The notes under the pieces were generated by a model. The model had not been told where the DNA came from. It was given only the letters and a program-made list of their open reading frames with translations, and did no database searches. From an uncultured Acidobacteriaceae bacterium (GTDB lineage Bacteria > Acidobacteriota > Terriglobia > Terriglobales > Acidobacteriaceae), in assembly GCA_963808025.1 (NCBI GenBank), contig CAWEEI010000006.1, forward strand, positions 145,519-209,518: a stretch of 64,000 nucleotides of DNA, read 5' to 3'. Positions 47,931 to 58,591 of this stretch are shown here, one piece after another (within the stretch, counting starts at the first letter, position 1; each line of letters opens with the position of its first letter). Made by a program: the position numbers and the translations under genes.

Positions 47931-48197
47931 ATGGCCACTCTGGACTGGTCCCAATGCGAAGCCGTAGAAAGTGTTCCCGGAAAGCGCAGTGGCGCTTGGG
48001 TGTTCCGAAACACGCGTACGCCGGTCTCCGTTGTCTTCGACAATCTGGAGGTGGGGGCCTCGATTGACGAAATCATGGAATGGTTTCATCTGTCCCGTGA
48101 ACAGGTGGTTGCCGTGATTGAATTCGCTGCGCGCAGCCTCGATGCGCCGCCTGTTCCGCCGCCCGCGCAGGTGGCCGATGCTCATTCTTTTCGATAA
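47931..48197 (+). CDS. DUF433-domain antitoxin
   Basis: VESVPGKRSGAWVFRNTRTPVSVVFDNLEVGASIDEIMEWF..LSREQV. Confidence 0.88.
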   Translation: MATLDWSQCEAVESVPGKRSGAWVFRNTRTPVSVVFDNLEVGASIDEIMEWFHLSREQVVAVIEFAARSLDAPPVPPPAQVADAHSFR

Positions 48198-48504
48198 CGG
48201 AACGCCTGCTCCGCTGCGGCATGCGCTGACAGGCCATACTGTCGTGGAGGCGATCGAACGCGGGTGGGACCGGCTGGTGAACGGCGAACTAATCGCGGCC
48301 GCTGTGGAGGCGGGATTTGACGTCCTGCTCACGACTGACAAGAACATTCGCCACCAGCAGAACCTGAAGGGACGGAGGATCGCGTTTGTGGTGATCGGAA
48401 ATCAGCAGTGGCCGATCCTGCGCCAGTATGTCGGACGGGTCGTGGCAGCTGTGAACGCCGCAACACCCGGCAGCTACGCCGAAGTCGAAGTTCCATTACA
48501 ATAG
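48178..48504 (+). CDS. DUF5615/VapC45-like PIN-domain toxin
   Basis: MLILFDNGTP..GHTV..GW..NGELI..FDVLLTTDKNIRHQQNL. Confidence 0.85.
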   Translation: MLILFDNGTPAPLRHALTGHTVVEAIERGWDRLVNGELIAAAVEAGFDVLLTTDKNIRHQQNLKGRRIAFVVIGNQQWPILRQYVGRVVAAVNAATPGSYAEVEVPLQ

Positions 48505-48508
48505 CGAA

Positions 48509-49828
48509 TCACTTCACCAGGTTGACGACGAGGCTGCGGTCTTCGCCGGTCATCTCGGTTGGTTTGGCGAGGGTGGACTCAATCGCATCGCAGGCCAGGG
48601 CGAGGCCATCTTCGTCCTGCATCTGTCTTCCAATCTCCCTCGCCCGATTGGCAAAATGCGATTCAGACAGCAGGCGTTGCAGCGCGCTGGTTGCGGTGTT
48701 CAGTGAATATGCGTTGCGCGATACATGCAGGCCGGTTCCCAGCCTCTCGATGCGGGCTGCGTTGTCAGGCTGGTCCCATCCGTATGGGACAACAAGCATA
48801 GGCTTCCCAGCCCTCAATGCTTGCCCAGTTGTTCCAGAGCCTCCCTGGTGCACATTGACTACAGCATGGGGAAATATCTCTGAGTATGGGGCGTACGGCA
48901 GTACCAGAACGTCTGTTCCGTGAGCTTGAGAAACTGTCCCGGCGCCCAGCAGGACTGCCCGCCGTCCCAATCGGCTCGCAGCCTCCGCGCTCACCTCGTA
49001 GAAATCGCCTGCATTGTGAACAGCTGTGGAGCCTTGGGTAAATACAATTGGCGCGTCACCCGCCGCTAAGAAAGCAGTCAACTCCGGTGAAGGAGCATCT
49101 TCTGCCTTCTGACGATCGAAATAAACAAAACCGGGCTGGAGAGTTTGCGGAGGCCAATCCGGCTGGGGCTGCGCCAGCCAGCGAGAGAAAAGCGCCAAAA
49201 CAAGATCGGGTGAATACTTGTCTCGAAAAACAGGATCGCAGTCCGTGCGAAGCCCCAACTCCCGGCGTAGATGGCGCACCGGGTCCGACCAATGCCGCGT
49301 CGCGAGGCGACCAAGATTCAACCCCGCTCGATAGGTCCTCCACCCAGCCTTACGCAAGTGAATGAGGCCCGGGAGATTAGCGAGCACGGAAGGATCATGA
49401 GAGGAAAAAAAGGAATGGGGAGAAAGAATCTCGGATACCCATCGCAAGGAAAGCTTCTCCGCGACCAGCGGGGCTGCGTAAACCAATTCCGAGGCAATCA
49501 TCAGGTCAGCGGTGGCGGCAACAGAGATCAGGTCGTCGTAGGTCCCTCTCAACTCCGGCAGGATCAGCTTTCGGTAGAGGACCTCAAGCCCCCGCTTCAG
49601 GTCTCCGCATTGCCGAATTAAGTCCTGGTCGGTCGGGTCCCAATTGGGACGAATCGAATGGAACTCAATCCCCAACTCTTCGACCTTGGTGCGGTAATAC
49701 CCCGTTGACGCGATGGTCACGCGATGACCACGTCGACCGAGTTCCTGCGCCAAAGCAATGCACGGATGCAGATCGCCCAGCGATCCGATCGTCGCAATCA
49801 AAATCCGCTTTGGCGTCACCATCTTCAA
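48509..49828 (-). CDS. Family 1 glycosyltransferase
   Basis: ILIATIGSLGDLHP, FTQGS, YAPYSEIFP..VHQGGSGTT..PYGWDQPDNA. Confidence 0.92.
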   Translation of the reverse strand: MKMVTPKRILIATIGSLGDLHPCIALAQELGRRGHRVTIASTGYYRTKVEELGIEFHSIRPNWDPTDQDLIRQCGDLKRGLEVLYRKLILPELRGTYDDLISVAATADLMIASELVYAAPLVAEKLSLRWVSEILSPHSFFSSHDPSVLANLPGLIHLRKAGWRTYRAGLNLGRLATRHWSDPVRHLRRELGLRTDCDPVFRDKYSPDLVLALFSRWLAQPQPDWPPQTLQPGFVYFDRQKAEDAPSPELTAFLAAGDAPIVFTQGSTAVHNAGDFYEVSAEAASRLGRRAVLLGAGTVSQAHGTDVLVLPYAPYSEIFPHAVVNVHQGGSGTTGQALRAGKPMLVVPYGWDQPDNAARIERLGTGLHVSRNAYSLNTATSALQRLLSESHFANRAREIGRQMQDEDGLALACDAIESTLAKPTEMTGEDRSLVVNLVK

Positions 49829-49840
49829 CCTACAGCCTCG

Positions 49841-51475
49841 CTATGCGTCCGCAGCTGGATACTGCTTCGCGAGGTTAACGACGAGGCCGAGGTCCTGGCC
49901 GGTCATCTCGGTGGGCTTGCCCAGGTTCAGCAGCGAGAGCATGGTGGGCGCGATGTCGCGCAGGCTGCCGTTGGGCTTGAGGGCGAGGGTGCCGGTGGGC
50001 GCGTCGGTGACGAGGATGAAAGGTACGGGATTGGTCGTATGCGCGGTGTGCGGGCCGCCGGTGAGGGGGTCGATCATGAGCTCGGCGTTGCCGTGGTCCG
50101 CGGTGACGAGCAGCCGCCCGCCGCGTAGTTTGATCTCGTTGTAGATGCGGCCAAGCTCACGGTCGACAGTCTCGACGGCGCGGATGGTGGGTTCGAGCCG
50201 GCCCGAGTGGCCCACCATGTCGGCGTTGGCGAAGTTGACGATGATGACATCGAAGGCGGTGTCGTTGAGCGCCTTGATAACGGCGTCGGCGATGCCGACG
50301 GCGGACATCTCGGGGGCGAGGTCGTAGGTGGCGACCTTTTGCGAGGGGACGAGGGCGCGGTCCTCGCCGGCGAAGGGTTTTTCGATGCCGCCGTTGAAGA
50401 AGTAGGTGACGTGGGCGTACTTCTCCGTCTCTGCGACGCGCAGGTTGCGCAGCGCGGCCTGGGCCATCAGGTGCGCCAGCAGGTTGTCCATCGACTCGGG
50501 CGGGATGATCTGGGGGAGGGTGTAGTTCTTGTCGTACTGGGTCATGCAGACGTAGTGGATGTTGTTGGGGACGAGGGTGCGCGGGATCTCCAGATCAAGC
50601 TCGGCGGCCTTCGGCAGGTCGGCGCCGGCGTTCGCGGTGAGGCCGGAGTTGCGCGCGAGGACGCGTGTGATCTGCCGCGCGCGGTCTGCCCGGTAGTTGA
50701 AGTTGATGACCACATCGTTGTCGCGGATGGGGCCGATGGCGCGGCCGGCGGCGTCAACCACAGTGAATGGCGGGATGAACTCGTCGGTGACGCCGCTGGA
50801 GTAGAGCTCCTTAATGCGCAGCGTCGCGTCGGGGTAAGTGCCACCCTCGGGATGGCCGGTGACGAGGGCGTCGAAGGCCTGACGCTCTTTCTCCCAGCGC
50901 AGGTCGCGGTCCATGGCGTAGTAGCGTCCGCTGACGCTGGCGAGCGCGCCGACGCCGGTCTCGCGAAACTGCTGTTCAAGCTCGCCAATGTAGCCGAGGC
51001 CGCTGGTGGGCATAGTGTCGCGGCCATCCATGAAGGCGTGGACGAAGACGCGCGGCAGCTTCTGCTGCGCGGCGAGGCGGAGCAGCGCGTAGAGATGGCG
51101 CTGGTGCGAGTGCACGCCGCCATCGGAGAGCAAGCCGATGAAGTGGAGGGCGCTCTGGTGGGCGCGCGCGGCGGCAACGGCGGCGAGCAGCGTGGGATCG
51201 GTGAAGAGGCTGCCGTCGGCGATGGCGGTGTCGATGCGGGTCATGTCCATGCGCACAATGCGGCCGGCGCCGAGGTTGAGATGGCCGACTTCGGAGTTGC
51301 CCATCTGTCCGTCGGGCAGGCCGACGAAGTGGTCGCTGGCGCGGATGAGGGTGTTGGGGTAGTCGCGCAGCAAGCCGTCGTAGTTGGGTTTGCGGGCGAG
51401 CGCGATGGCATTGCCGCGCGTCTCGGCGCGGTAGCCCCAGCCGTCAAGGATGGTGAGAACGATGGGTTTTGGCAT
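49841..51475 (-). CDS. gpmI: 2,3-bisphosphoglycerate-independent phosphoglycerate mutase
   Basis: [55 protein letters not shown]. Confidence 0.98.
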   Translation of the reverse strand: MPKPIVLTILDGWGYRAETRGNAIALARKPNYDGLLRDYPNTLIRASDHFVGLPDGQMGNSEVGHLNLGAGRIVRMDMTRIDTAIADGSLFTDPTLLAAVAAARAHQSALHFIGLLSDGGVHSHQRHLYALLRLAAQQKLPRVFVHAFMDGRDTMPTSGLGYIGELEQQFRETGVGALASVSGRYYAMDRDLRWEKERQAFDALVTGHPEGGTYPDATLRIKELYSSGVTDEFIPPFTVVDAAGRAIGPIRDNDVVINFNYRADRARQITRVLARNSGLTANAGADLPKAAELDLEIPRTLVPNNIHYVCMTQYDKNYTLPQIIPPESMDNLLAHLMAQAALRNLRVAETEKYAHVTYFFNGGIEKPFAGEDRALVPSQKVATYDLAPEMSAVGIADAVIKALNDTAFDVIIVNFANADMVGHSGRLEPTIRAVETVDRELGRIYNEIKLRGGRLLVTADHGNAELMIDPLTGGPHTAHTTNPVPFILVTDAPTGTLALKPNGSLRDIAPTMLSLLNLGKPTEMTGQDLGLVVNLAKQYPAADA

Positions 51476-51599
51476 GTGATGACAAGGATAGCAAGAGTTG
51501 CGCGGGGAGGCGGTCTATCGCGGCGCGGGCGGCGGTGGTATATTTTCCCCCGGCGCGATTGGTGCGGGGATGCGCGCGGGACCGCAAAAGGAGTGGTGC

Positions 51600-52770
51600 A
51601 TGTTTCTGTCGTGGAAGTTTGCATTGTCGGTTGGTTTGATCGCCGGGGTTCTCCCGGCACTGGCGCAGACGCCGCCGGCTGCACCTGCGCCCGCCCAGCC
51701 GCCGGCGCGGGCAGCGCGGCCTCCGCGTCCGCCGATGCCGACGCGCGATCCGAATGCGCCGGGATATGTGAAGGCTACGGAGTTGCCGGATGGCACGGTC
51801 CCCTCGCCCAGCGCGGATGGCAACTTCATCATCGGGCCGACCCACACCGCGGCGCCGGAGATGACGGCCGACCCGAACGTGCCCAGGGGGACGGTCTACA
51901 CCTTCACGATGAAGTCCGAGGACAGCAAGATCTATCCGGGGATTGCGCGCGACGATGGGACGTTTGGCACGCCTGACCCGAACGACCCGACGAAGCTGGT
52001 GGTGACGACGAGCCATCCCGCGCCGTACACGCGGCGGGTGGGCGTATATGTGCCGAAGCAGTATGTGCCGGGGACGGCGGCGCCGTTTATCGTGGGCGCG
52101 GACGGGATCGACCAGGGGCTGTTTACCGCGCTGGACAATCTGATTGCGGCGCACAAAGTGCCGGTGATGATTGCGATCTCAATCGGCAACGGCAGCGGCG
52201 ATGCGCAGGGCAGCGAGCGGGGCCTGGAGTACGACACGATGTCCGGCCTCTATGCGGAGTTTGTGGAGAAGGAGGTGCTGCCGCTGGTGGAGTCGCAGTA
52301 CAACGTGAAGCTGACGAAGGACCCTGACGGACGCGCGACCATGGGCGGGAGCTCGGGCGGCTCGTGCGCGCTGATCATGGCGTGGTACCACCCGGAGTGG
52401 TACCACCGCGTGCTGACCTACTCCGGCACCTATGTGAACCAGCAGTGGCCGCACAGCGACCAGACGCCGCATGGGGCGTGGGAGTTCCATGAGCACCTGA
52501 TCCCCAACAGCGCGAAGAAGCCGCTGCGGCTGTGGATGGAGGTCGGCGACAGGGACAATCTACAACCCCAACGTAATGCGCGACGAGATGCACGACTGGA
52601 TTGTGGCGAATGAGAACATGGCGAAGGTGCTGGCGGCCAAGGGCTACCACTACCAGTTCGTGTTTGCGCGCAATGCCGGCCACACCGACGGCGCGGTGAA
52701 GCGGCAGACGCTGCCCGAGGCGCTGGAGTATCTGTGGCAGGGCTACCCGATGGCGGGAAACAAGAAGTAG
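51600..52770 (+). CDS. Secreted esterase (enterochelin esterase-like alpha/beta hydrolase); frameshift near 52560
   Basis: VYVPKQY, ERGLEYD, GGSSGG nucleophile elbow, VGDRD, GH. Confidence 0.88.
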
Positions 52771-52838
52771 CGAGGAGCTGTGGCACGGTTATCCGGTATC
52801 AACCAGCGTGGCAGTATCCGCCCACACAGCCCACCTGG

Positions 52839-53117
52839 CTAGGAACGGGGAGCCGGAGCTCGGCAAGCCGTCACGAGTATGTCTTCCCCGAGTTCAAGAT
52901 TGCGGCATGTCTCAACTTCGGTGACCTCGGTTCCTGAGGTAAATCTAGAGATTCCGCAAAAAACTACCTCACCGGAAGGTCTTGCAATTAGCAAAGCAAC
53001 ACGGTCGTTCTTCCTGAATCCGAACAGGGCATGCAATTTCGCGGGGAACTCAAACCCTTTCTTCTTGGAATAGGTCTTCTTGCTAAAGGTAGCCGTCACG
53101 AGGCTTCGCAATGGCAT
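52839..53117 (-). CDS. Small lower-GC hypothetical protein
   Basis: AGGAGG RBS; MPLRSLVTATFSKKTYSKKKGFEFPAKLHALFGF. Confidence 0.55.
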   Translation of the reverse strand: MPLRSLVTATFSKKTYSKKKGFEFPAKLHALFGFRKNDRVALLIARPSGEVVFCGISRFTSGTEVTEVETCRNLELGEDILVTACRAPAPRS

Positions 53118-53303
53118 GTGGTGACCTCCTAACCGTTGGTAGACTTTTGTCGCTCATTTCTCAGGGCTTGCGACATCCTCGACTCCGCCTCCGATCATAT
53201 ACTGCCTTCGTCTGACACGAGGAACATCTTGCGGATGACGGGTGTATGTAGTCAGAATAACAAGACCAATGCTCAATCGCTCCGAGAAGATGAGGCCCAC
53301 CTG

Positions 53304-53933
53304 ATGAATTGCCATGAACGAGTCCGACCATTGTGTATCTGCCTCGTCTTTCTTGTCATATCACCGACTCTCTGGGCAAACGACTTGGACGATACTATCT
53401 CGGCTTGCGGAAAGCCCACTGCCGCATTCAGCACCCAGGACGGCAAATACGATGTTGAGTACAAAGCCCGATCGATATGGCTTAAGTACCAAGAGGTCGG
53501 GGGCATCTTGCGCTGGTATAAGGCGTTTGACGACCGCACAAACGACGATCTTAGTCGCGAACAGGTTTTGAAGAGATTGCCATGCTCCGCAGCCATGCTG
53601 AAGGCCAATGCCACGTCTTCAGCTACCCTCCCTCCGCCTGCGCCACCTCCGCCTTCAACAGATTCTGGAGGAGGCACCGAGTTGGGTGGCTTCATAGGCG
53701 CACTATTCCTGCTAGCTCTACTCGGGGGAATCGTTTGGTTTGACCTTTTTGGCAAGCCGTCTGGGCTGAAATCCCAACCCAATCACACCGTAAGGTGTCC
53801 CAAATGCCTTTCGTCCCAAATCCACGCAGAAAAACGTGGCTGGAGCCTGTTATCCGGCCTCATCGGAAGCGGAAAAATTGTGATCACCTGCCTTGGATGC
53901 GGGCAGAAATTCAAGCCAGGACGGGGCGCGTAG
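53304..53933 (+). CDS. Membrane protein with C-terminal zinc ribbon
   Basis: Signal peptide, Pro linker, TM, CPKC..KRGWSLLSGLIGSGKIVITCLGCGQKF. Confidence 0.7.
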   Translation: MNCHERVRPLCICLVFLVISPTLWANDLDDTISACGKPTAAFSTQDGKYDVEYKARSIWLKYQEVGGILRWYKAFDDRTNDDLSREQVLKRLPCSAAMLKANATSSATLPPPAPPPPSTDSGGGTELGGFIGALFLLALLGGIVWFDLFGKPSGLKSQPNHTVRCPKCLSSQIHAEKRGWSLLSGLIGSGKIVITCLGCGQKFKPGRGA

Positions 53934-53972
53934 TGGCCCCGAAGGTGCGGTGCCTACAGCCAGTCACATCAG

Positions 53973-55182
53973 TTATGCGTAGCTGCTCACGCTGTTCGCG
54001 TTGCGCGCGCCGCGCTCGCGGCTGATGCTCTCGACGTAGCCGCTGTCGCGGCAGCGCGGTGAGCGGTTCGGCGGGGAGCTTGCGCGCCTCGCGCCACTCC
54101 TTGACGGCGGGGCGAACGTCGGTCCAGAAGGCGGTGCGGAAGGTCTCCTCGGCCTCGACGAGGCTGCACGATTGCTGTAGCGCGGCGAGCTTCTCGCGGT
54201 CGACCAACGCCGCCTTGGCGAAGAGTTCCTGCGCCATCACCACGGTCTGCACCATGGCCTCGACCTTGCCCTTGAGGTTGTGGCTCTGGTCGATCATGTA
54301 GGCGATGCCGCTGGTGGCGGCGGTGTCCGGGCAGCTGAGGATCTCGTGGAAGATGCGGAAGACCTGGTAGGGGTCGATGGAGCCGAGGGTGAGGTCGTCG
54401 TCGGCGTACTTGCGGTCGTTGAAGTGGAAGCCGCCGAGCGCGTCGCAGTGCAGCAGCCAGGTGACGATCTGCTCGATGTTGGTGCCCTGCAGGTGGTGGC
54501 CGGTGTCGACGAGCACCTTGGCCTTGGGGCCGGCGCGGCGCGCGAGTTCGAGCGCCATGCCCCAGTCGGCGATGTCGGTGTGGTAGAAGGCGGGCTCGAA
54601 AGGCTTGTACTCGACCAACATGCGCTGGTCGGGGCCGAGGGCTGCGTGGGTCGAGGCGAGGACATCTTCCATCCACTCGATGCGCTTGCGCATGGACTGC
54701 GTGCCGGGATAGTTCGATCCGTCGGCCAGCCAAATCGAAAGGTCCTTCGATCCCAGCTCGCGGCCGATCTCGACGGAGTCGAGCAGGTGAGCGAGCGCGT
54801 TGCCGCGAATCTCCGCGCTGGGGTTGCAGATGGAGCCGTACTTGTACTCCTGCGCCTGGAAGAGGTTGGGATTGATGGAGCCGGCCTTCACGCCAAAGCG
54901 GGCTTCGAGCCGCTTGATCTCGGCGACGTCGCCCTTGCCGTTGGGCAGGTCCCACAGCACATGCAGCGCGACGGTGGGGCTGGCGCCGGTGAGCTTGTTC
55001 ACCTGGCCGGCGTCGGCGAATTTTTCTTCGAGCGTGGTGGCCGCGCCGGCCTGGGCAAACTTGCCGAAGCGCGTGCCGGTGTTGGCGAAGCCCCACGAGG
55101 GTACCTCGATGCGAAAGCCGTCGAGCGCGGCGAAGATTTTCTCCGTCGCACGCGCGCCGGATGTTGCACCATTGATACCCAT
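53973..55182 (-). CDS. rhaI: L-rhamnose isomerase (RhaI-type); frameshift near the 3' end
   Basis: EVPSWGFANTGTRF, ALHVLWD, INPNLF, WLADGSNYPG, EYKPFEPAFY, DTGHH, FHFNDRKYADDDL, DQSHN. Confidence 0.9.
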
Positions 55183-55258
55183 GGAATACCCCTCAATACT
55201 TCAATTACGAAAATATACTCTCTCTTGAAATCGTTTCGCTAATGCTTGCGGATCGGAC

Positions 55259-55924
55259 CTAGACCACCAGAATCACGTCGAGGAAGCGGGGGCCGTGGAC
55301 GCCTTTGACCCGCGTCATCTCAATGTCGGCGGTGGCGGATGGGCCGGAGATAAAGGTGGTGGCGAGCGTGGCGGTGGGCGCGAGGCGCGACATCGCTTCG
55401 GGCACCGTCTCGACCACATCGGCGGCGCGCACGACGCAGAGGTGGTAGTCGGGGATGAGCGTCGGAGCTCGTCTTCCCTGCCCCGGAACGTTCTGCAGGA
55501 CGATGGTCCCCGTCTCGGCGATGGCGACGGTGGAGGCAGTGACTACGCCTTCGAAGCGGTCGAGTTCGTTTGGGGTGAGGCCGCGGTCGAGGGTGAACTC
55601 GATGCCCCCGGGTAGCGATTCGCCCAGCGCCTCGGGCAGGCCGGCAGGGACGACGATGCGGTGGATGGCGCGCGCGGCGATCATGCGGGCGATCTCGGAG
55701 GCAACCGAACCGGGGTGCGCGCGAACGACGGTGGCGTCGTAGTCGCGCAGGCGGTCTTCGAGCATGTCGAGAATCGCCTCGCGGTCGAGCGAGGCGGCGC
55801 GCTTGTAGTCACGCGGGAGATCGCGCCACTCGGCGGCAATCGATGCTTCGGCTGCGGGGTGAGTTGCAATGGCGGCGCGGATGCGGCGCAGGACTTCGTC
55901 GCGTGCGGAGACTTCAGTGCCCAT
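55259..55924 (-). CDS. lutC: Lactate utilization protein C (LUD domain)
   Basis: AIAETGTIVL..GRRAPTLIPDYH..FISGPSATADIEMTRVKGVHGP. Confidence 0.9.
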   Translation of the reverse strand: MGTEVSARDEVLRRIRAAIATHPAAEASIAAEWRDLPRDYKRAASLDREAILDMLEDRLRDYDATVVRAHPGSVASEIARMIAARAIHRIVVPAGLPEALGESLPGGIEFTLDRGLTPNELDRFEGVVTASTVAIAETGTIVLQNVPGQGRRAPTLIPDYHLCVVRAADVVETVPEAMSRLAPTATLATTFISGPSATADIEMTRVKGVHGPRFLDVILVV

Positions 55925-57408
55925 CTTTGGCCCCCTTCCCGCTACCGGACTTCGCGCGCTCCTCGAACCACTCACGGAAGGTCTGCTTCGGCATCTCGCG
56001 CAGGTCGCGCACCTGGGTCCATCCGCCGAGCAGGCCGGGCAGCCATCCGATCCAGCCCTCGCCCTGTCCGTCCTTATGCACCAGCGGCCACTCCGCCATG
56101 CGGCCCAGCCGCTGCGCCGCGCGAAAACGGCTTTCGCTGCGGAAGATCATTGCGACGGATCTTAAGGGCCATCGCTTCGGGGTTGGTGAGTATGCGCAGG
56201 CCGGCGGTCTCCTGCTTAACGACTTTGTTGCGCAGGTGGATGAGGACCTCGGGGATGTTGATCTTGACCGGGCAGACCTCGTAGCAGGCACCGCAGAGGC
56301 TGGAGGCGTAGGGCAGCGACTGCGCGTGGTGCATCTCCTGCAACTGCGGCGTAAGGATGGCGCCGATGGGGCCCGCATAGACACTGCCGTAGGCGTGGCC
56401 GCCGGTCTGCTGATAGACGGGGCAAGCATTCTGGCATGCGCCGCAGCGGATGCAGTGCAGCGTCTGGCGCGCCTCCTCGTCGGCGAGAATTTCGCTGCGC
56501 GCGTTGTCCATCAAAACCACATGGAACGCGCGCGGCCCGTCAGTCGCATCCACACCGGTCCAGATGGAGTTGTACGGATTCATGCGCTCGCCGGTGGCCG
56601 AGCGCGGGAGCAGCTGCAGGAGGACTTCGAGATCGGCAAAGCGTGGCACGACCTTGTCGATGCCGGCCACGGCGATCAGCGTCTCCGGAAGCGTAAGGCA
56701 CATGCGGCCGTTGCCCTCGCTCTCGACGATGCAGACGCCGCCGGTCTCGGCGATGAGGAAGTTCGCCCCGCTCACCGCCGTCTTCACCCGCAAGAACTTC
56801 TCGCGCAAAAACCGCCGCGCCGCATCCGCGAGGTCATTCGGCGTCTCCCCGAGCTCCGGCAGGTGCATCTCGCGCATGAATATCTCGCGAATCTGCGAGC
56901 GGTTCTTATGCAGCGCGGGGACGACGATGTGCGAGGGCTGGTCGTGGCCAAGCTGAATGATCAGCTCGGCGAGGTCAGTCTCGTACGCGTGGATGCCGGC
57001 GGCTTCGAGCGCCTTGTTGAGCTGAATCTCTTCGGTGGTCATCGACTTGATCTTGATGACTTCGGTTGTGGAGCCGCCTTCCGCGCCGCTCGCCTTGACG
57101 AGCGCGATGACGATGTTGCGCGCCTCTTCGGCATCGCGCGCCCAGTGCACGGTGCCGCCGGCGGCGGTGCAGTTGTGCTCAAACTGCTCCAGATAGAAAT
57201 CCAGATGGCGCATGGTGTGCCGGCGAATCTCCTTGCCCGCCTCGCGCAGTTGCTGCCAGTCCGGCATCTCATCCACCACGCGCAGGCGCTTGGCCTGGAT
57301 CACGTTGGTGGCATGGCGGACGTTCTTGCGCAGCTGCGCATCGCCCAGCAGCGCGTGCGCGGCGGCGGGGAAGGTGGGTGCGGTCTTCGGATCGAGGGCT
57401 TCGCTCAT
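55914..57408 (-). CDS. lutB: Lactate utilization Fe-S protein B (LutB/LldF); frameshift near 56165
   Basis: KSMTTEEI, ETDLAE, PSHIVVPALH, ESEGNGR, CIRCGACQNACPVY, SSLCGACYEVCPVKI. Confidence 0.93.
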
Positions 57409-57446
57409 CGCAGTTCCATGACTTGACTCTACAGCGCAGATGAATA

Positions 57447-57677
57447 TTAGCTTTGTTTCTTGCGATCGGGCCACTTGAGAACGAGCCATGCGGTCACGAG
57501 CGCGCACACGGGAGCCACCACCAGGCCGAGGATTGTGCCTCCCATCGCGGCCATAGCACCGCTGTCAAGATGAAGCCAGTCTGCACAGAGGCTGTACGCA
57601 ACATTCACGAGGATGAAGCTGACGACCAGCATTGCGACCCCCGACGCTAGTGAACCCAGAATCCGTTTCCGAGTCAT
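57447..57677 (-). CDS. Small two-TM hypothetical protein
   Basis: MTRKRILGSLASGVAMLVVSFILV..GGTILGLVVAPVCALVTAWLVL. Confidence 0.55.
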   Translation of the reverse strand: MTRKRILGSLASGVAMLVVSFILVNVAYSLCADWLHLDSGAMAAMGGTILGLVVAPVCALVTAWLVLKWPDRKKQS

Positions 57678-57700
57678 AGGGCTATTTCCCCGCGGTACAA

Positions 57701-58462
57701 CTATCCCTCCTGACTCGCTAGTATCTCCGCCAGATGGACCACGCCTACGCCGGTCTTCTGGCGGTGCAGCGCGCCGCCGATGTGCATCAGGCAGGAGTTG
57801 TCGCACGCCGTACATGCCTCCGCGCGGGTGTTGAGAACGCAGCGAACCTTTTCTCCCAGCATGGCGCTCGACACCTCTGCGTTCTTCACCGCGAACGTCC
57901 CCCCGAAGCCGCAGCACTGCTCAAGGTTCTCAATCTCAACCAGGTCGATCCCGCGCACCGCGCGCAGCAGCTTCATCGGCCCATCGCCCAGCGCGAGGTT
58001 GCGCAGCCCATGGCAACTGGCGTGGTAGGTGACGCGGTGCGGATAGTACGCGCCCACGTCCTCTAGCCCAAGCTTCTTCGTCAAAAATTCCGAAAACTCC
58101 CAGACCTTCGGCAGCAGCTCGGCGACATCCGCCTTCAGCTGCTCATCCTTCAACTGCTCGGCCATCATCGGGTAGTGGTCGCGCATCATGCCGACGCAGC
58201 TGGTGGACGGGCACACCACAGCCTCGGAGCCTTTGAACTGGTCTACGAACCGCTGCAGCAGCGGCATGGCCTCGGCCTGGTAGCCGGTGTTCCAGTGCAT
58301 CTGGCCGCAACAGGTTTGCCCGGCGGGGAAGTCGACGGTGTGGCCCAGGCGCTCCAGCACGCGGACGACGGCCTTGCCGGTCTCAGGAAATAGCGTGTCG
58401 TTGTAGCACGTAATGAACAGCGAAACTCGCAATGCTTCCCCTTGCTCCTGCCCGGTGTCCAC
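57701..58462 (-). CDS. lutA: Lactate utilization protein A (CCG domains)
   Basis: VSLFITC, QTCCGQMH, TYHASCHG, CCGFGGTF, SCLMHIGG. Confidence 0.92.
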   Translation of the reverse strand: MDTGQEQGEALRVSLFITCYNDTLFPETGKAVVRVLERLGHTVDFPAGQTCCGQMHWNTGYQAEAMPLLQRFVDQFKGSEAVVCPSTSCVGMMRDHYPMMAEQLKDEQLKADVAELLPKVWEFSEFLTKKLGLEDVGAYYPHRVTYHASCHGLRNLALGDGPMKLLRAVRGIDLVEIENLEQCCGFGGTFAVKNAEVSSAMLGEKVRCVLNTRAEACTACDNSCLMHIGGALHRQKTGVGVVHLAEILASQEG

Positions 58463-58591
58463 GCGACCCGGCCGATGCTAAACCGCTGTGCAACCTCTAA
58501 CTTATTCCAACCGACAATCGATTTCCACAACGCAACTCACTCAGGTACGATGGTACGCGGTTCACCTATTTTTTGACTGTAGCGAGGCCTC

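Noticed and set aside
47931-48504. DUF433/PIN pair as a novel system
   Set aside because: A common, recognised type II toxin-antitoxin architecture
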